A stretch of 64,000 bases of DNA, taken from positions 332,734-396,733 of the forward strand of contig CAWEWE010000004.1 in the NCBI GenBank assembly GCA_963812745.1. Direction: 5' to 3'. Source of the stretch: an uncultured Chloroflexia bacterium (GTDB lineage: Bacteria; Chloroflexota; Limnocylindria; Limnocylindrales; CSP1-4). Position numbers and translations under genes: made by a program. Below the pieces are notes generated by a model. The model worked only from the letters and a program-made list of their open reading frames with translations. It was not told the origin of the DNA and ran no database searches. Positions 39,476-51,939 of the stretch are shown here, one piece after another. The stretch's first letter is position 1; each line of letters begins with the position of its first letter.

Positions 39476-40036
39476 CTAGCGAGCCGCGCGCGCCACGATC
39501 CCTTCCCAGAAATCGACCGCCGCGCCCTCGTAGAGCAGGCCCATCCGCAGCGTCTCGCCGCGCCAGCGCTCGACCGTCCGCCCGCCCTTCGCAGGTCTGC
39601 CCGGGCGGTGCTCGAACCGCTCGTCTTCCCGGTATGCGGACAGCTTCGCGCGATGGATCGCGAGCTGCTGCTCGGCGAGACGCAGCGTGGCATCCGACGA
39701 GGCCAGATCGGCGAAGAAGAGCTGCAGGAGCCCCGGGTCGCGCAGCTCCGTCGGCACTTCGGACGGCTGGTCGAGCCACGCATCGAGGGCCGAGACACCG
39801 GCACTCGTGATCATGAAGACGCGTCGACGCCGTCCTTCGGTCTCGCGCGTCTCGGTGAGCAGGCCCATGGCCGCGAGACGGGGAGGCTCGCTGTACAGCA
39901 GGGTGTGCGGGAACGACCAGAAGTTGCCCAGCGTGGCCTGAACGTGGCGCTCGAGGTCATAGGGTGTCGACGGTCCTTCGCGTGCGAGCAGCCCGAGGAC
40001 GAGGTAGGACGTGGCGGTCAGGGTCCTGCTTGACAT
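39476..40036 (-). CDS. PadR-family transcriptional regulator
   Basis: PadR winged HTH (LTATSYLVLGLLAREGPSTPYDLERHV...LYSEPPRLAAMGLL) plus a C-terminal dimerisation region. Start at MSSRTL (alternative at 40045). Confidence 0.8.
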   Translation of the reverse strand: MSSRTLTATSYLVLGLLAREGPSTPYDLERHVQATLGNFWSFPHTLLYSEPPRLAAMGLLTETRETEGRRRRVFMITSAGVSALDAWLDQPSEVPTELRDPGLLQLFFADLASSDATLRLAEQQLAIHRAKLSAYREDERFEHRPGRPAKGGRTVERWRGETLRMGLLYEGAAVDFWEGIVARAAR

Positions 40037-40180
40037 AGTACGCATCGTACCATACGATACGAAGTATTCCGCACTGTCCACAGCGAACCAGTCGCCGGGG
40101 AAATCCAAACCCGGTGGGCATCCCGTGATGCTCGACCCTGGACCCGCTCACGCCAGCGCGGCCGCTAGCAAGGGTGGTAT

Positions 40181-40615
40181 ATGACCACGAACCTGAAGAT
40201 GATCGAGCGGATCCCGCTCGAGATCTTGAACAAGGGCGACCTTGGGCTCGTCGACGAGATCTACGCGACTGACTACGTCGAGCGCACCGGCCTGCCGGGC
40301 GTGCCGACGACTCGCGACGGTTTCAAGCAGACCGTGAAGGCGCTTCGAACGGCGTTCCCCGATCTCCACTACACGATCGATGACGCGATCGAGAGTGGCG
40401 ACCGGATCGTCCACCGCCTGACCGCCAGCGGCACCATGAAGGGTGACTTTCAGGGTATGCCTGCAACGGGCAAGCGAGCCACGTGGACCGAGATCCATAT
40501 CGGGAAGGTCGTCAATGGGCGTCTGACCGAGCACTGGGGCCTTGTCGACCAGCTTGACATGCTCGTCCAGCTCGGCGTCATTCCTGCCCCGGGTAGGACA
40601 CCCGTCGCCGTCTAG
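40181..40615 (+). CDS. SnoaL-like ester cyclase / polyketide-cyclase-fold protein (PF07366-like)
   Basis: The pattern ILNKGDLGLVDEIYATDYVER...VHRLTASGTMKGDFQGMPATGKRATWTEIHIGKVVNGRLTEHW is typical of ester cyclases. It is divergent from PadR. Confidence 0.7.
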   Translation: MTTNLKMIERIPLEILNKGDLGLVDEIYATDYVERTGLPGVPTTRDGFKQTVKALRTAFPDLHYTIDDAIESGDRIVHRLTASGTMKGDFQGMPATGKRATWTEIHIGKVVNGRLTEHWGLVDQLDMLVQLGVIPAPGRTPVAV

Positions 40616-40639
40616 TCGTCGACCGTAGACGCGAAAAAT

Positions 40640-40668
40640 GGCCCCGGCACAAGCCGGGGCCTTTTCTC
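40640..40668. terminator. rho-independent terminator GGCCCCGGC-acaa-GCCGGGGCC-TTTTCTC (bidirectional)
   Basis: Seen in the sequence. It lies 25 nt after the ester cyclase stop, and the complementary strand gives the hairpin plus ATTTTT for the convergent XRE gene. Confidence 0.8.
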
Positions 40669-40782
40669 GCGCATGTCCTACTGGAGACGCAACCCAGGCG
40701 ATAGACGCTGACCGCGCTCGGCGCTCGAGTCGTCGCCAATGCTGGTGCCCCCTCCACTCTCTCCCTACTATTACAGTCCTCC

Positions 40783-41127
40783 TCACCGCGATCGCCGCCT
40801 GGCGCGATACCAGGCGAGATACTCCAGCAGCTCGTCTCGCTCGGCGTCGGTAACATCCGCGAACAGGGCGGCTCCGACCGTTTCGGTGGTATTCCCGTTC
40901 GCCTCTCCGGCGATACGGTAGCCGTTGAGGCGCATCAGCTCGGCGTAGGGCACCGACAAGGCCTCGCTCAATTGGTGGAGGACGTGCGGCGAGGGCTTTT
41001 TGACCGCATCGTTCTCGAGTTTGCTCAGGTACGCGGGCGAGATGCCGGCGGCCCTGGCCGCGTCGACGGTCGACAGCGCGCGAACCTCCCGCGCCTGCTT
41101 CAGCAATGCGCCGAATGATGGTGCCAT
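40783..41127 (-). CDS. XRE-family (Cro/C1-type HTH) transcriptional regulator
   Basis: HTH_3 motif LKQAREVRALSTVDAARAAGISPAYLSKLEND. Start at MAPSFG (41127). Confidence 0.75.
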   Translation of the reverse strand: MAPSFGALLKQAREVRALSTVDAARAAGISPAYLSKLENDAVKKPSPHVLHQLSEALSVPYAELMRLNGYRIAGEANGNTTETVGAALFADVTDAERDELLEYLAWYRARRRSR

Positions 41128-41335
41128 CCCCGCGGACGTTCTCCTGCGGCCTGGATCGTCGACCTGGTCGGACGATAGCACGCTTTACCACAGTTGAGTA
41201 CGACACTACAGTTGACAACAGGGGCGTTTCCGTGGTTCAATGCTTGCACGGCAACGACCGCCACGTCTCCGCAAGCGGATGAGCCCCGCCTACCACGCTT
41301 GACGCCGGAACGTTCGCCGGCGAAAGGTCGTCCCG

Positions 41336-41986
41336 ATGCCGCTCCAAGAGCTGTTCGTTCTCGCCGTCGCAGCCATGGTCGGCCTGGCCGCGATGCGGCT
41401 GATCAGGGTCCGACTCGGCCGAGTGCCACACCCTGCGGGCTGGGCCAGGATCCCGTTCATCATCGCGTTCCTGCTCGTGCCGCCAATCGTGCTCGCAGCA
41501 CTGATCCAGCCGGCCTGTGGCCTCTTCGGCGGCGTCGCGTGGGTACCGATGTACGTGGCATTGCTGGTCGCCATCGCGCTTGCGATGTGGATCGCGGCGC
41601 AGGTCGCCAGGAACTTCGCACCTCGTCGATCGCGCCCGCTCCTCCTGTTGGCCCTGGTGGCGAGTGAAGATGAGCACGTGGACGACGGGTTCGATCCACC
41701 GCTGACCGTGCCGCTGGCCGAAAGCCAGTCGCACGTTGCCGTTGCCAATGCGGTGTTTCCGAGAGGTCCAGAGTTCCCGACGCAGATGGATCGCCCGGAT
41801 TTTCGCGCGGCATGGGATGCACTCGATGCCGCGACACGGACGCTGGAAGGGCGGATCGCCGATGACGAGCGTCGTGGCCTGGGTGTCGCCTCGTCGGCCA
41901 TGGCGTCGGCCGAGGACGCGCGCGGTCGCCTGGAGACCCTACGGCGCTTCGCTTCAGACGGTGGTCAGGCGTGGGCCGCGACCTGA
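41336..41986 (+). CDS. hypothetical membrane protein (3 TM N-terminal, soluble C-terminal)
   Basis: Divergent from the XRE regulator. TM segments are LFVLAVAAMVGLAAM, IPFIIAFLLVPPIVLAALI and VPMYVALLVAIALAMWIAA. I recognise no motif. Confidence 0.4.
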   Translation: MPLQELFVLAVAAMVGLAAMRLIRVRLGRVPHPAGWARIPFIIAFLLVPPIVLAALIQPACGLFGGVAWVPMYVALLVAIALAMWIAAQVARNFAPRRSRPLLLLALVASEDEHVDDGFDPPLTVPLAESQSHVAVANAVFPRGPEFPTQMDRPDFRAAWDALDAATRTLEGRIADDERRGLGVASSAMASAEDARGRLETLRRFASDGGQAWAAT

Positions 41987-42046
41987 AAGCGCGGCTCGCG
42001 AAGAAGCCGGGCTACCGCCCGGGCTTTCTTCGTTCATAGAGCGGGA

Positions 42047-43090
42047 TCAGCGAGCGTCGGCCCGATCGGATAGCGCGGTGCGGCTGGGGGTGGGCATGGG
42101 CGCCTCGCAGACACGCCGCAGGACGTCGCTGAGTCGCGCCGTCGCGACCCCGATCACGCTGTCGGCGGCCCCGTAGTAGAGGAGCAGCGTGTCGGCGCTC
42201 TCGTCCAAGGTGACCAGCCGCACGGGAACACCACCCGGCCGACGTCGCCGGTGATCTCGTACGGGGTCGAGGGCCCGAACACCCACTCGTCGGTCTGGTG
42301 CAGGATGGTCGTCGGGTCCTCGAGGTCCAGCAGCGCCAGACCCGCTCGATAGATCGGCCCGTCGGCCGTCGAGTGGACGCCGTGATAGAGGACGAGCCAG
42401 CCCTCGGCCGTCTCCAGCGGGGGCGGACCGAGACCGATCTTGCCGGCATCCCACCAGGCGCCGTCGCGGGCCTCGAGCAGCAGCTGGTGGTCGCCCCAGT
42501 GGCGGAGGTCCGGCGAGTACGAGATCCACATGTGGGCACCGCCGCGCAGCGGCGACGGGCGGTGGATCATCGCCCAGCGTCCGTCGAAGCGGCGAGGGAA
42601 GAGCGCCGCGTCCTTGTCCTCGGGCGGCATGACCGGCCCGAGTCGGCGTGACGCTTCGGAAGTCGGGGGTCATCGCCAGGGAGACGAGCGGCCCACGACG
42701 GCTATAGGCGGTGTAGGCGATCGCCCACTCCTCGCGCTCCGGAAGCCAGGTGAGCCGAGGGTCTTCGCAGCCCCAGATCTCTTCGGCTGAGTGCTCCACA
42801 TCGGGTCGCAGGAGCGGCTCGGGGTCGAAGCGCCAATCCGAGATGCCGTCGGCGCTGCGGGCGACATGCAGCATGGAGATCCCGCGCAGGTCCTCGACGC
42901 GGGTCGAGGAGGACGGTCTCGTTCCCGACCCGGGCAGCGCCCGGGTTGAAGACGGAGTTGGCGGCGATATGGCACGTCGGCCGGCGGTGATGATCGGGTT
43001 CGATGCCGGACCGCTCGAAGAGCTCGGGCGGTCGGGTCCATGGCGCCAGCGCGACCGCCCGCCGCTCGGTGCGGGCGTGCGCGACCCGGT
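42047..43090 (-). pseudogene. GH130-family glycoside hydrolase/phosphorylase, fragmented by at least 3 frameshifts
   Basis: GH130-like segments sit in three frames: ..SVFNPGAARVGNETVLL.., ..EEIWGCEDPRLTWLPEREEWAIAYTAYSRRGPLVSLAMTPDF.., ..MIHRPS...GWLVLYHGV...VFPCGW.. and ..TLLLYYGAADSVIGVATARLSDVL... Confidence 0.55.
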
Positions 43091-43099
43091 GTGCGGATC

Positions 43100-44150
43100 G
43101 CATCGCTCGGATCCGCTCAAGGGCGATCAGCCACATCAACGTCGACTCGGCTCCCTGGTTCGTGTTGACACCCTGCGGCGTGAGGCCATCGAAGCACGCG
43201 CCGCGCTCTGGGACGGCGATCGGCACGTCGCAGATCGTTGTCGCCGAGGAACCACGCATACGCCCGCTCCATCGCGACACGATACCGGTCGTGCTCCGGT
43301 CGCCTCGATGGGCGGCTTCCGCCGCCAGCAGCAGCGCCGTCGCCTCGATCGGTTGCTGGTCGAATCTCGACTTCGTGCCCCCGCGTGGCCACCACCCGTT
43401 GCCGACCGGGTGAGAGATGGCCGGCCGGGTCGGGTCTGCGAGTCGATGAGCCAGTCGAGGACGTCGAGGCCTGCCTGGAGCATCTGGCTCGAGTCGACGA
43501 ACCGCCCAGCGACGATCAGCGCCTGGGCCGGGAGGGCGTTCTCGTAGGTCAGGCGCGATTCAGGCCACGGCCACGCCGACGTCGACGTCCCGCGATCCTG
43601 GAAGATCGATCCGAGCCGGTTCGCCATCAGGCGGTAGGCGAGCGCGGCTCGTGATCGTCGGTGCGCTCCGCATCACGGCCTCGCAGCCCAGCAAGACCGA
43701 CGACTGCGCGCGGAGGGCGCGCAGGCCCTGCGTCGCCGGCAGCGCCTGGAGGAACAAGCGAGGAAGCGGACGCGACCAGGGCAGCGATCCGGGGCTTCCG
43801 CGATCGTCCAGCCGAGCGCGAGCATCGCCCGACCCTGACTGTCCTCGGACGCGGTCCCAGCCAGCCACGACCCGTCGACAGCGTCGGAAGTTGCGGAACC
43901 TGCCGGTCGCGTGATCGAAGGCCTCGTCCAGGAAGCGCATGCCCGGCCATGCACTCGCCGCGACCGCGTCCCAACCGAGCTCACGCTGGTGGAGCAGATC
44001 GACCTGCAGGGCGCGGGCGACGTCATCGGTGCAGTAGCCGTGGGCTGGATCGGGGTCGGCTCCGACGGCGTGCTGCATGATCCCGAGATCGCCAGTGAGC
44101 GCGTCGAGATGCGCCCGGCTCACGGGATGGAGCGGTGCCAGGTCAGGCAT
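43100..44150 (-). pseudogene. glycoside-hydrolase-like protein (possible alpha/alpha-barrel type), fragmented across 3-4 frames
   Basis: ATG 44148-44150 overlaps the GT4 stop (ATGCCTGA). Fragments are MPDLAPLHPVSRAHLDALTGDLGIMQHAVGADPDPAHGYCTDDVARALQVDLL.., ..GSIFQDRGTSTSAWPWPESRLTYENALPAQALIVAG.. and ..GVNTNQGAESTLMWLIALERI... The family assignment is weak. Confidence 0.3.
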
Positions 44151-45310
44151 TGATCGCGGCCAGGACCCCAGCCGGCTCCGCATGCGGCTTCGCCGATCCC
44201 ACCTGTCCGAGCACGCGACCGTACTCGGCGCCGACGGCCGACCACACCATCCGCCGACTGTACGCATAGGCACGCCGCCCGATGGCGGCGCGAAGCCGTC
44301 GTCGCCGAGGACCTGGTTCAGCGCGTCGGCCCAGCGCGGCTGCGGATCCGGCGGGACGAGGATGCCGCGTCCGTTCGCAAGCACCTCGGTAGCGTAGGCG
44401 TACGGCGTCGACACGATCGCCCGGCCCGCACCCATGGCATAGGACAGCGTGCCGGACACGATCTGGTCCAGCTTCGGATACGGCGTCACGAACACATCGG
44501 CCGCCTCGAGCCAGCGGGTCAGCTCGACCCGGCCGACGAAGCGATCCACGAACCGGACGTGGTCGGCCATCCCGAGCCGCTTGACCTGGGCGACGCAGTC
44601 GCTCCCGGTACGCCTCCCCTTCGGTCCGCAGCAGGTCGGGATGGGTAGCACCGACCAGCACATAGAGGGCCGCCGGGTTGGCCGCAACGACTGCCGGCAG
44701 GGCATCGAGGACCAGCTCGTAGCCCTTGCCGGGACCGAGCAGGCCGAAGCTCAGGATGACGTCGCGTCCTGCCAGCCCGAGATCCGTCTTGACCGTCTTC
44801 GGATCGACGAGCGGCAGCTCCGGAACGCCGTGGGGGATGATGTGCAGACGCTGGGGATCGACGCCGTAGACGTTGCGCAGGAGCGTCCCAGCTGACCGCG
44901 ACATCACGACCGTGGCATCGGTTCGAGCGACCAGCTCGGAGAGGACGGCTCGCTGGCCGTCGGTCGGGTCCTGCAGGACCGTGTGGAGCGTCGCGACTGC
45001 GGGGACGCGGAGGGCGTCGACGAAGTCGAGGACGTAGGCGCCGTCGTCGCCGCCCCAGATGCCGTACTCGTGCTGGATCGACACGACGCTGGCACACCGA
45101 TCCAAGCCGCGCGCGACGTGGATGTAGTCGGCGAGCTCATCCCGACGGATCCGATGGTGGACCTCGATGGGATAGGGCAATGGTCTGCGCGGACGGGTGC
45201 AGGGCGACGATCTCGCGACTGCCGGTCGCGGAGGCGAGGTCGTGGGTGAACGACGCGATCCCGCATCGGCGCGGGGGATAGGTGGAAACGAATGCGGTGC
45301 GGGCGATGAC
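44143..45310 (-). pseudogene. GT4-family glycosyltransferase, fragmented by at least 3 frameshifts
   Basis: N-terminus VIARTAFVSTYPPRRCGIASFTHDLA.., middle ..HIIPHGVPELPL...ILSFGLLGPGKGYELVLDA.., then in other frames ..VKRLGMADHVRFVDRFVGRVELTRWLEAADVFVTPY.. and the C-terminus ..LRAAIGRRAYAYSRRMVWSAVGAEYGRVL... Confidence 0.55.
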
Positions 45311-45468
45311 GTGGCTCCTCTCGGCTGATTCGCGTCGCGGGCCCGAACAGGAGGCCGGGCGGTCAGCTCGATCAGCGACTGGGACCGCCCACACGCTGCG
45401 TGCGCTCGGCTGGCGATCCGGTCGCGAAACAGAACGGCCCGTCTGAAGCGACGGGCCGCTATTGGTGA

Positions 45469-45671
45469 CTAGGCGGACCGCACCTGGCTGGCGCGCGGGC
45501 CCTTCGGGCTCGACTCGATCTCGAACTCACTCGCTCGCCGCCGACAAGGCGGTCGAAGTCGATCGACTGATCGAGAGCGCCGCGATGGAAGAAGTATTCC
45601 TTCGCATCCTCGGCGGTGATGAAGCCGAAGCCGCGGTCGGCGACGATCTTCTTGATGGTTCCGGTGGTCAT
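45469..45671 (-). CDS. cold-shock protein (CspA family) with one apparent 1-nt frameshift near 45525
   Basis: N-terminus MTTGTIKKIVADRGFGFITAEDAKEYFFHRGAL (RNP1-like GFGFI). The canonical C-terminus ..EFEIESSPKGPRASQVRSA* is in the adjacent frame (ORF 45469..45924). Confidence 0.7.
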
Positions 45672-45815
45672 GAGGACCTCCAACACTTCCCGAACAGGGA
45701 TGCTGAGCGCACGGTCCGTTCGAGAAGGGGGATCGACCACGCGGAGTGTCGCCACGAGTCGCGGCGAAGCCACAGCATAGCACAAACGTTCCAGATGTGC
45801 CACCGGGCCGTCGCC

Positions 45816-45850
45816 CGCCGGCTGCCGGCGTCGACCCGCCGGCAGCCGCG
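45816..45850. terminator. 13-14 bp GC-rich hairpin CGCCGGCTGCCGGCG-tcgacc-CGCCGGCAGCCG(G)CG after the leu cluster
   Basis: Seen in the sequence just past the stop (45857) of the last minus-strand gene of the ilv/leu supercluster. Confidence 0.45.
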
Positions 45851-45856
45851 CCGCTC

Positions 45857-46405
45857 CTACTGGTTGAACCAGTCGACCGTGTCGATCTTGCCCTTTTCCT
45901 CGTCGAGCTCGGCGCGTTGCTCACGGGCAGCTCCTGCCGGCAGGGGCGACTTGTGCCGCGCCCGTGTCCCGGTCGCGGCTGCCGCTTCCGGGGCGCCCGT
46001 CCAGTGCGCCTCAGCGAGCATCTGGTTCAGCGCCACGAGATAGGCCTCGATCGATGCCGCGATCACGTTCGGACCACGGGCCTCGCCGCTGTATTCACCC
46101 TCGCCGCGCTCGCCCGAGGCGAGCGGCGGCGCGATCCGCACGTTGACGACGCCGATCGTGTCGGTCCCCTCCCCCAGCGCGTGGATGTCGTAGGCCAGGA
46201 GCCGCGGATGACCGTCGAGGACTTCGGCGATCGCCTTGTCGACGGCCCGGTACAGGGCATCGATGGCGCCGATGCCTTCGGCCGAGGCCTGCCAGTGATG
46301 GTCGCCTGCGTCGATGATCACGGCGCCGCGGCTGCGGGCATTCGAGCCCGTCGACACGGTCCAGCGGGCGAGGCGGAGCGGCGCGGTGGCGTCGTGGCCG
46401 GGCAT
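45857..46405 (-). CDS. stand-alone LeuA-allosteric (LeuA_dimer-like) domain protein, 182 aa
   Basis: ..AVIIDAGDHHWQASAEGIGAIDALYRAVDKAIAEVL...DIHALGEGTDTIGVVNVRI...GPNVIAASIEAYLVALNQM matches the C-terminal regulatory domain of 2-isopropylmalate/citramalate synthases. RBS GGGAGGT; the ATG lies 4 nt after the cimA-like stop. Confidence 0.6.
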   Translation of the reverse strand: MPGHDATAPLRLARWTVSTGSNARSRGAVIIDAGDHHWQASAEGIGAIDALYRAVDKAIAEVLDGHPRLLAYDIHALGEGTDTIGVVNVRIAPPLASGERGEGEYSGEARGPNVIAASIEAYLVALNQMLAEAHWTGAPEAAAATGTRARHKSPLPAGAAREQRAELDEEKGKIDTVDWFNQ

Positions 46406-46409
46406 CGAG

Positions 46410-48121
<1,712 letters not shown>

Positions 48122-48125
<4 letters not shown>

Positions 48126-49240
48126 GCCGGGACGCCCGCCTGGAGCGCGTCGATCACCGCGGTCGTCATCGCGGTGGTGCCGACGACCACGAGGCCGTCC
48201 TTGGCGTCGCGTGGGTCCGCGAGATCGTGAGTCCGCCAGCCCTCATCGAGCGCCTGCGACACGGCCGCCTCGATCGCCGACGAGACGTCGGGGCGCTTGA
48301 ACGACGAGAACATCATCATGGCCGCCGACAGGATGGTGCCGATCGGGTTGGCCAGGTCCTGGCCGGCGATATCTGGGGCCGAGCCGTGGATCGGCTCGTA
48401 CAGCCCGAATGTCCCGTGTTCGGTCTGACGGTCGGCAAGCGACGCCGAGGGCAGCATGCCGAGGCTGCCGGCGAGGACCGCCGCTTCGTCCGACAGGATG
48501 TCGCCGAACAGGTTCTCGGTGACGATGACGTCGAAGTCGGCCGGGCGTTTGATCAGCAGCATCGCGCACGAGTCGACGAGCTGATGGCTGACCTCGACGT
48601 CCGGCATGCGCCGACGCTCCTCGTCGACGACCCGACGCCATAGGCGGGACGTCGCCAGGACGTTGGCCTTGTCGACGCTGGTCAGACGACGGCGGCGGAT
48701 CAGCGCATACGCCCCCGCGAGCAGGACGATGCGGCGGATCTCGTCTTCGCTGTACGGCATGGTGTCGACCGCGTGCCGTTGACCCTTCTCGTGGGCGGCC
48801 TCCTGTCGCTCGCCGAAGTACACGCCGCCGGTCAGCTCGCGAACGATGAGCAGGTCGACGCCCGCCAGGAGCTCCGGCCGGAGCGGCGACGACGCGACGA
48901 GCGCCGGGTGCACCTTGACCGGCCGCAGGTTGGCGAACAACCCGAGATCGCCGCGCAGGGCGAAGAGGGCCTGTTCCGGCCGGACGGCCGCGGACGGGTC
49001 GGACCACTTCGGCCCGCCGACGGCGCCGAGCAGGATCGCATCGGCGGAGCGGCAAGCCTCGATGTCCTCGGGTCGGATCGCGACGCCATACGCATCGATC
49101 GCGGCGCCCCCGGCGACGACCTCCGTCCACTCGATGGCGAAGTCGAATCGCTCACCGGCGGCGTCGAGCACACGCCGGGCGGCATCGACCACGTCTGGCC
49201 CGACGCCATCGCCGGGGATCGCAACGACCCGGTAGCGCAT
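48122..49240 (-). CDS. leuB: 3-isopropylmalate dehydrogenase
   Basis: Motifs SADAILLGAVGGPKW, IVRELTGGVYFG and NLFGDILSDEAAVLAGSLGMLPSASL. It overlaps the cimA-like start (ATGA). Confidence 0.9.
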
Positions 49241-50881
49241 CAGGGAAGCCCGCGCTCCGTTCGCTGGTTCGCGAAGGCCACCGCGACACCGTTGATCTCA
49301 GCGCCGTGGAGCTTGTTCGTGGCCACGAGATAGGCGTCGAGCGACGCCTCGATGATGTTCGTGCTTAAGCCGTGGCCGGACACGATCAGCGCGCCCGGGC
49401 CCTCATCCGATGAGCGCCGGCAGCGGACCAGCGACCTGGCCCTGGGCATCCTCGCCGGCCGACACCGCCTTGATCTCGTACTCGGTCAGCGTCGGGTGCC
49501 AGCCGAGGACCGGCTGCACCGCGTCGTCGACCGCCTGGAAGAGCGCGTTGACCGGCCCGTTGCCGGTGGCCTCGGCGCTCCGCTCGCGGCCGTCGACCGC
49601 CAGCGTGACGGTCCCGGTCGCGTTGCCGCCGTGCGAGGACGTGACGCTCCAGCCGACGAGCGAGACGCTCGCCGGGACCTCCGACGCTCGCTGCTCGACG
49701 AGCGCGAGGAGGTCGGCGTCGGTGACCTCCTTCTTGGCGTCGGCGAGCTCGATCGCCTGGCGATAGATCGTATCGAGCGCCTCGCCCTCGAGATCGTGGC
49801 CGAGCTCGCGGAGCTTGCCCTGGAGGCCACGCCGGCCCGACAGCTTGCCGATCGTCAGCTGGCTACCGGACAGCCCGACCGACTGCGGGGTCATGATCTC
49901 GTACGTCAGCGGGTGCTTGATGACGCCATCCTGGTGGATGCCCGACTCGTGGGCGAAGGCGTTGCCGCCGACGATCGCCTTGTTGGGCTGGACGGCGAAG
50001 CCGGTGAGATAGCTGACCAGGCGCGATGCTGCGGTGATGTGCTCGGTCTGCACGCCGGAGCCGACGGCCTGGAACTGCGTCGGCCGCGTCCGGAGGGCCA
50101 TCACGACCTCCTCCAGGGACGCGTTGCCGGCCCGCTCGCCGAGGCCGTTGATCGTGACCTCCACCTGGCGCGCGCCGGACTGGACCGCGGCAAGCGTGTT
50201 GGCCGTGGCCAGACCAAGGTCGTTGTGGCAATGGATGCTGACGGTCGCCTGGTCCCCGACGAGATCGACGACGCGCTTGGTGAGCGCCGCGAATTCGCTC
50301 GGGATGGCATAGCCGACGGTGTCGGGGATGTTCACGGTCGAGGCCCCGGCCTCGACGACCGCCTCGTAGACCTGCATGAGGAAGTCGGTGTCGGTGCGCG
50401 AGGCGTCCTCGGCGCTGAACTCGATCTCGGCGTCGCGGCCGAGCTGTTCGCGTCCATAGCGGACCCAGCGCACCGCTTCGGCGAGCGCGGTCTCGCGATC
50501 GACGCGGAGCTTGTGCTTGAGGTGGATGTCGCTGGTGGCGATGAAGACGTGGAGATGCGGTCGATGGGCGATCTTGATCGCCTCGATCGCCCGTTGCGGG
50601 TCACCGTCACGGCAGCGGGCAAGGGCTGCCACGGCGATGTCCTGGGGCGTCTCCTGGGCGATCCGCCGGACCGCCTCGAAATCGCCCGGCGAGGCAGCGG
50701 GGAACCCGGCCTCGATGACATCGACCTTGAGCCGCGCGAGCTGGCGTGAGACCTCCAGCTTCTCGGCCGCGGTCAGCCCGGCGCCGGGCGCCTGCTCGCC
50801 GTCACGGAGCGTGGTGTCGAAGATCCGGACGCTGCCGGCCGGCACGAACGGCCCGGCCGGCCGGGGTACGGGCGCGCTCAC
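49240..50881 (-). CDS. leuA: 2-isopropylmalate synthase with one apparent frameshift near 49440
   Basis: [11 protein letters not shown] and [18 protein letters not shown], then the regulatory domain ..[15 protein letters not shown]... The expected C-terminus (..[23 protein letters not shown]..) is in the adjacent frame (ORF 49240..49449). Confidence 0.8.
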
Positions 50882-51939
50882 GACGTGGTCCCCGATGCGG
50901 CCGGCGTGCGCGTCGCCGCAGCCTGGGCCTGCCCCGCCTGGACGGTGACCGGGTCGAGGAACGGCATCTTGGCACGCAGCTCGGCGCCGACCTGCTCGAT
51001 CTGATGGTCGCGATCCTGCTGGCGGAGCCGCTGGAACTGCTGGCCGCCGGTCTCGTACTCATCGATCCAGCGCTCGGCGAACGATCCCGAGCGGATGTCG
51101 GCCAGCACGTCCTGCATGGCGGCCTTGGCTCCCTCGGTCACCCGCGGCCCGGAGACGTAGTCGCCGAACTCGGCGGTGTCGGACACCGAGAAGCGCATGA
51201 AGTTGAGCCCGCCCCGGTACATCAAGTCGACGATGAGCTTGAGCTCGTGCATCGTCTCGAAGTAGGCGAGCTCGGGCTGGTAGCCTGCCTCGACGAGCGT
51301 CTCGAAGGCCGCTTTCACGAGCGCCGACACGCCGCCACACAGCAGCGCCTGCTCACCGAACAGGTCGGTCTCGGTCTCCTCCGCGAAGGTGGTCTCGAGG
51401 ACGCCGGCCCTGGTCGAGCCGAGCGCTCGCGCGTAGGCGAGCACGCGATCCCGGGCCGTGCCCGAGGCGTCGCGGTCGACCGCGAACAGCGCCGGGACGC
51501 CGCCGCCCTGCTTGTACACGCTGCGCAGCAGGTGGCCCGGGCCCTTGGGCGCGACCATGCCCACGTCGACCACGTCCGGCGGCGTGATCCGTCCGAACCG
51601 GATGTTGAAGCCATGGGCGAACATCAGCAGCTGTCCGGGCCGCAGGTTCGGGGCGATGTCCGTGTCGTAGACGGCCTTCTGGGCGGTGTCCGGGACGAGG
51701 ATCATGATGATGTCGGCATCGCGGACCGCATCGGCGACGTCGGCGACGCGCAGCCCGGCTTCCTCGGCCAGGGCCCGGCTCTTGGAGCCGGGGGCGAGAC
51801 CGACCACCACGTCCGCCCCGCTCTCGCGGAGGTTCTGGGCGTGGGCATGCCCCTGGCTGCCGTAGCCGATGATCGCGATCGTCTGCCCCTCGAGGGCGCT
51901 CGGATCCGCATCGGCGTCGTAGTACATCCTGGCGGTCAT
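50878..51939 (-). CDS. ilvC: ketol-acid reductoisomerase
   Basis: [21 protein letters not shown], and HGFNIRFG. 353 aa. It overlaps the leuA start. Confidence 0.9.
   Translation of the reverse strand: MTARMYYDADADPSALEGQTIAIIGYGSQGHAHAQNLRESGADVVVGLAPGSKSRALAEEAGLRVADVADAVRDADIIMILVPDTAQKAVYDTDIAPNLRPGQLLMFAHGFNIRFGRITPPDVVDVGMVAPKGPGHLLRSVYKQGGGVPALFAVDRDASGTARDRVLAYARALGSTRAGVLETTFAEETETDLFGEQALLCGGVSALVKAAFETLVEAGYQPELAYFETMHELKLIVDLMYRGGLNFMRFSVSDTAEFGDYVSGPRVTEGAKAAMQDVLADIRSGSFAERWIDEYETGGQQFQRLRQQDRDHQIEQVGAELRAKMPFLDPVTVQAGQAQAAATRTPAASGTTS

Noticed and set aside
39476-40108. Extended PadR N-terminus (MDFPGDWFAVDSAEYF...)
   Set aside because: The conserved PadR fold starts at LTATSYLVLGLL, so an internal start (40036/40045) fits family length better. 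The longer version remains possible.
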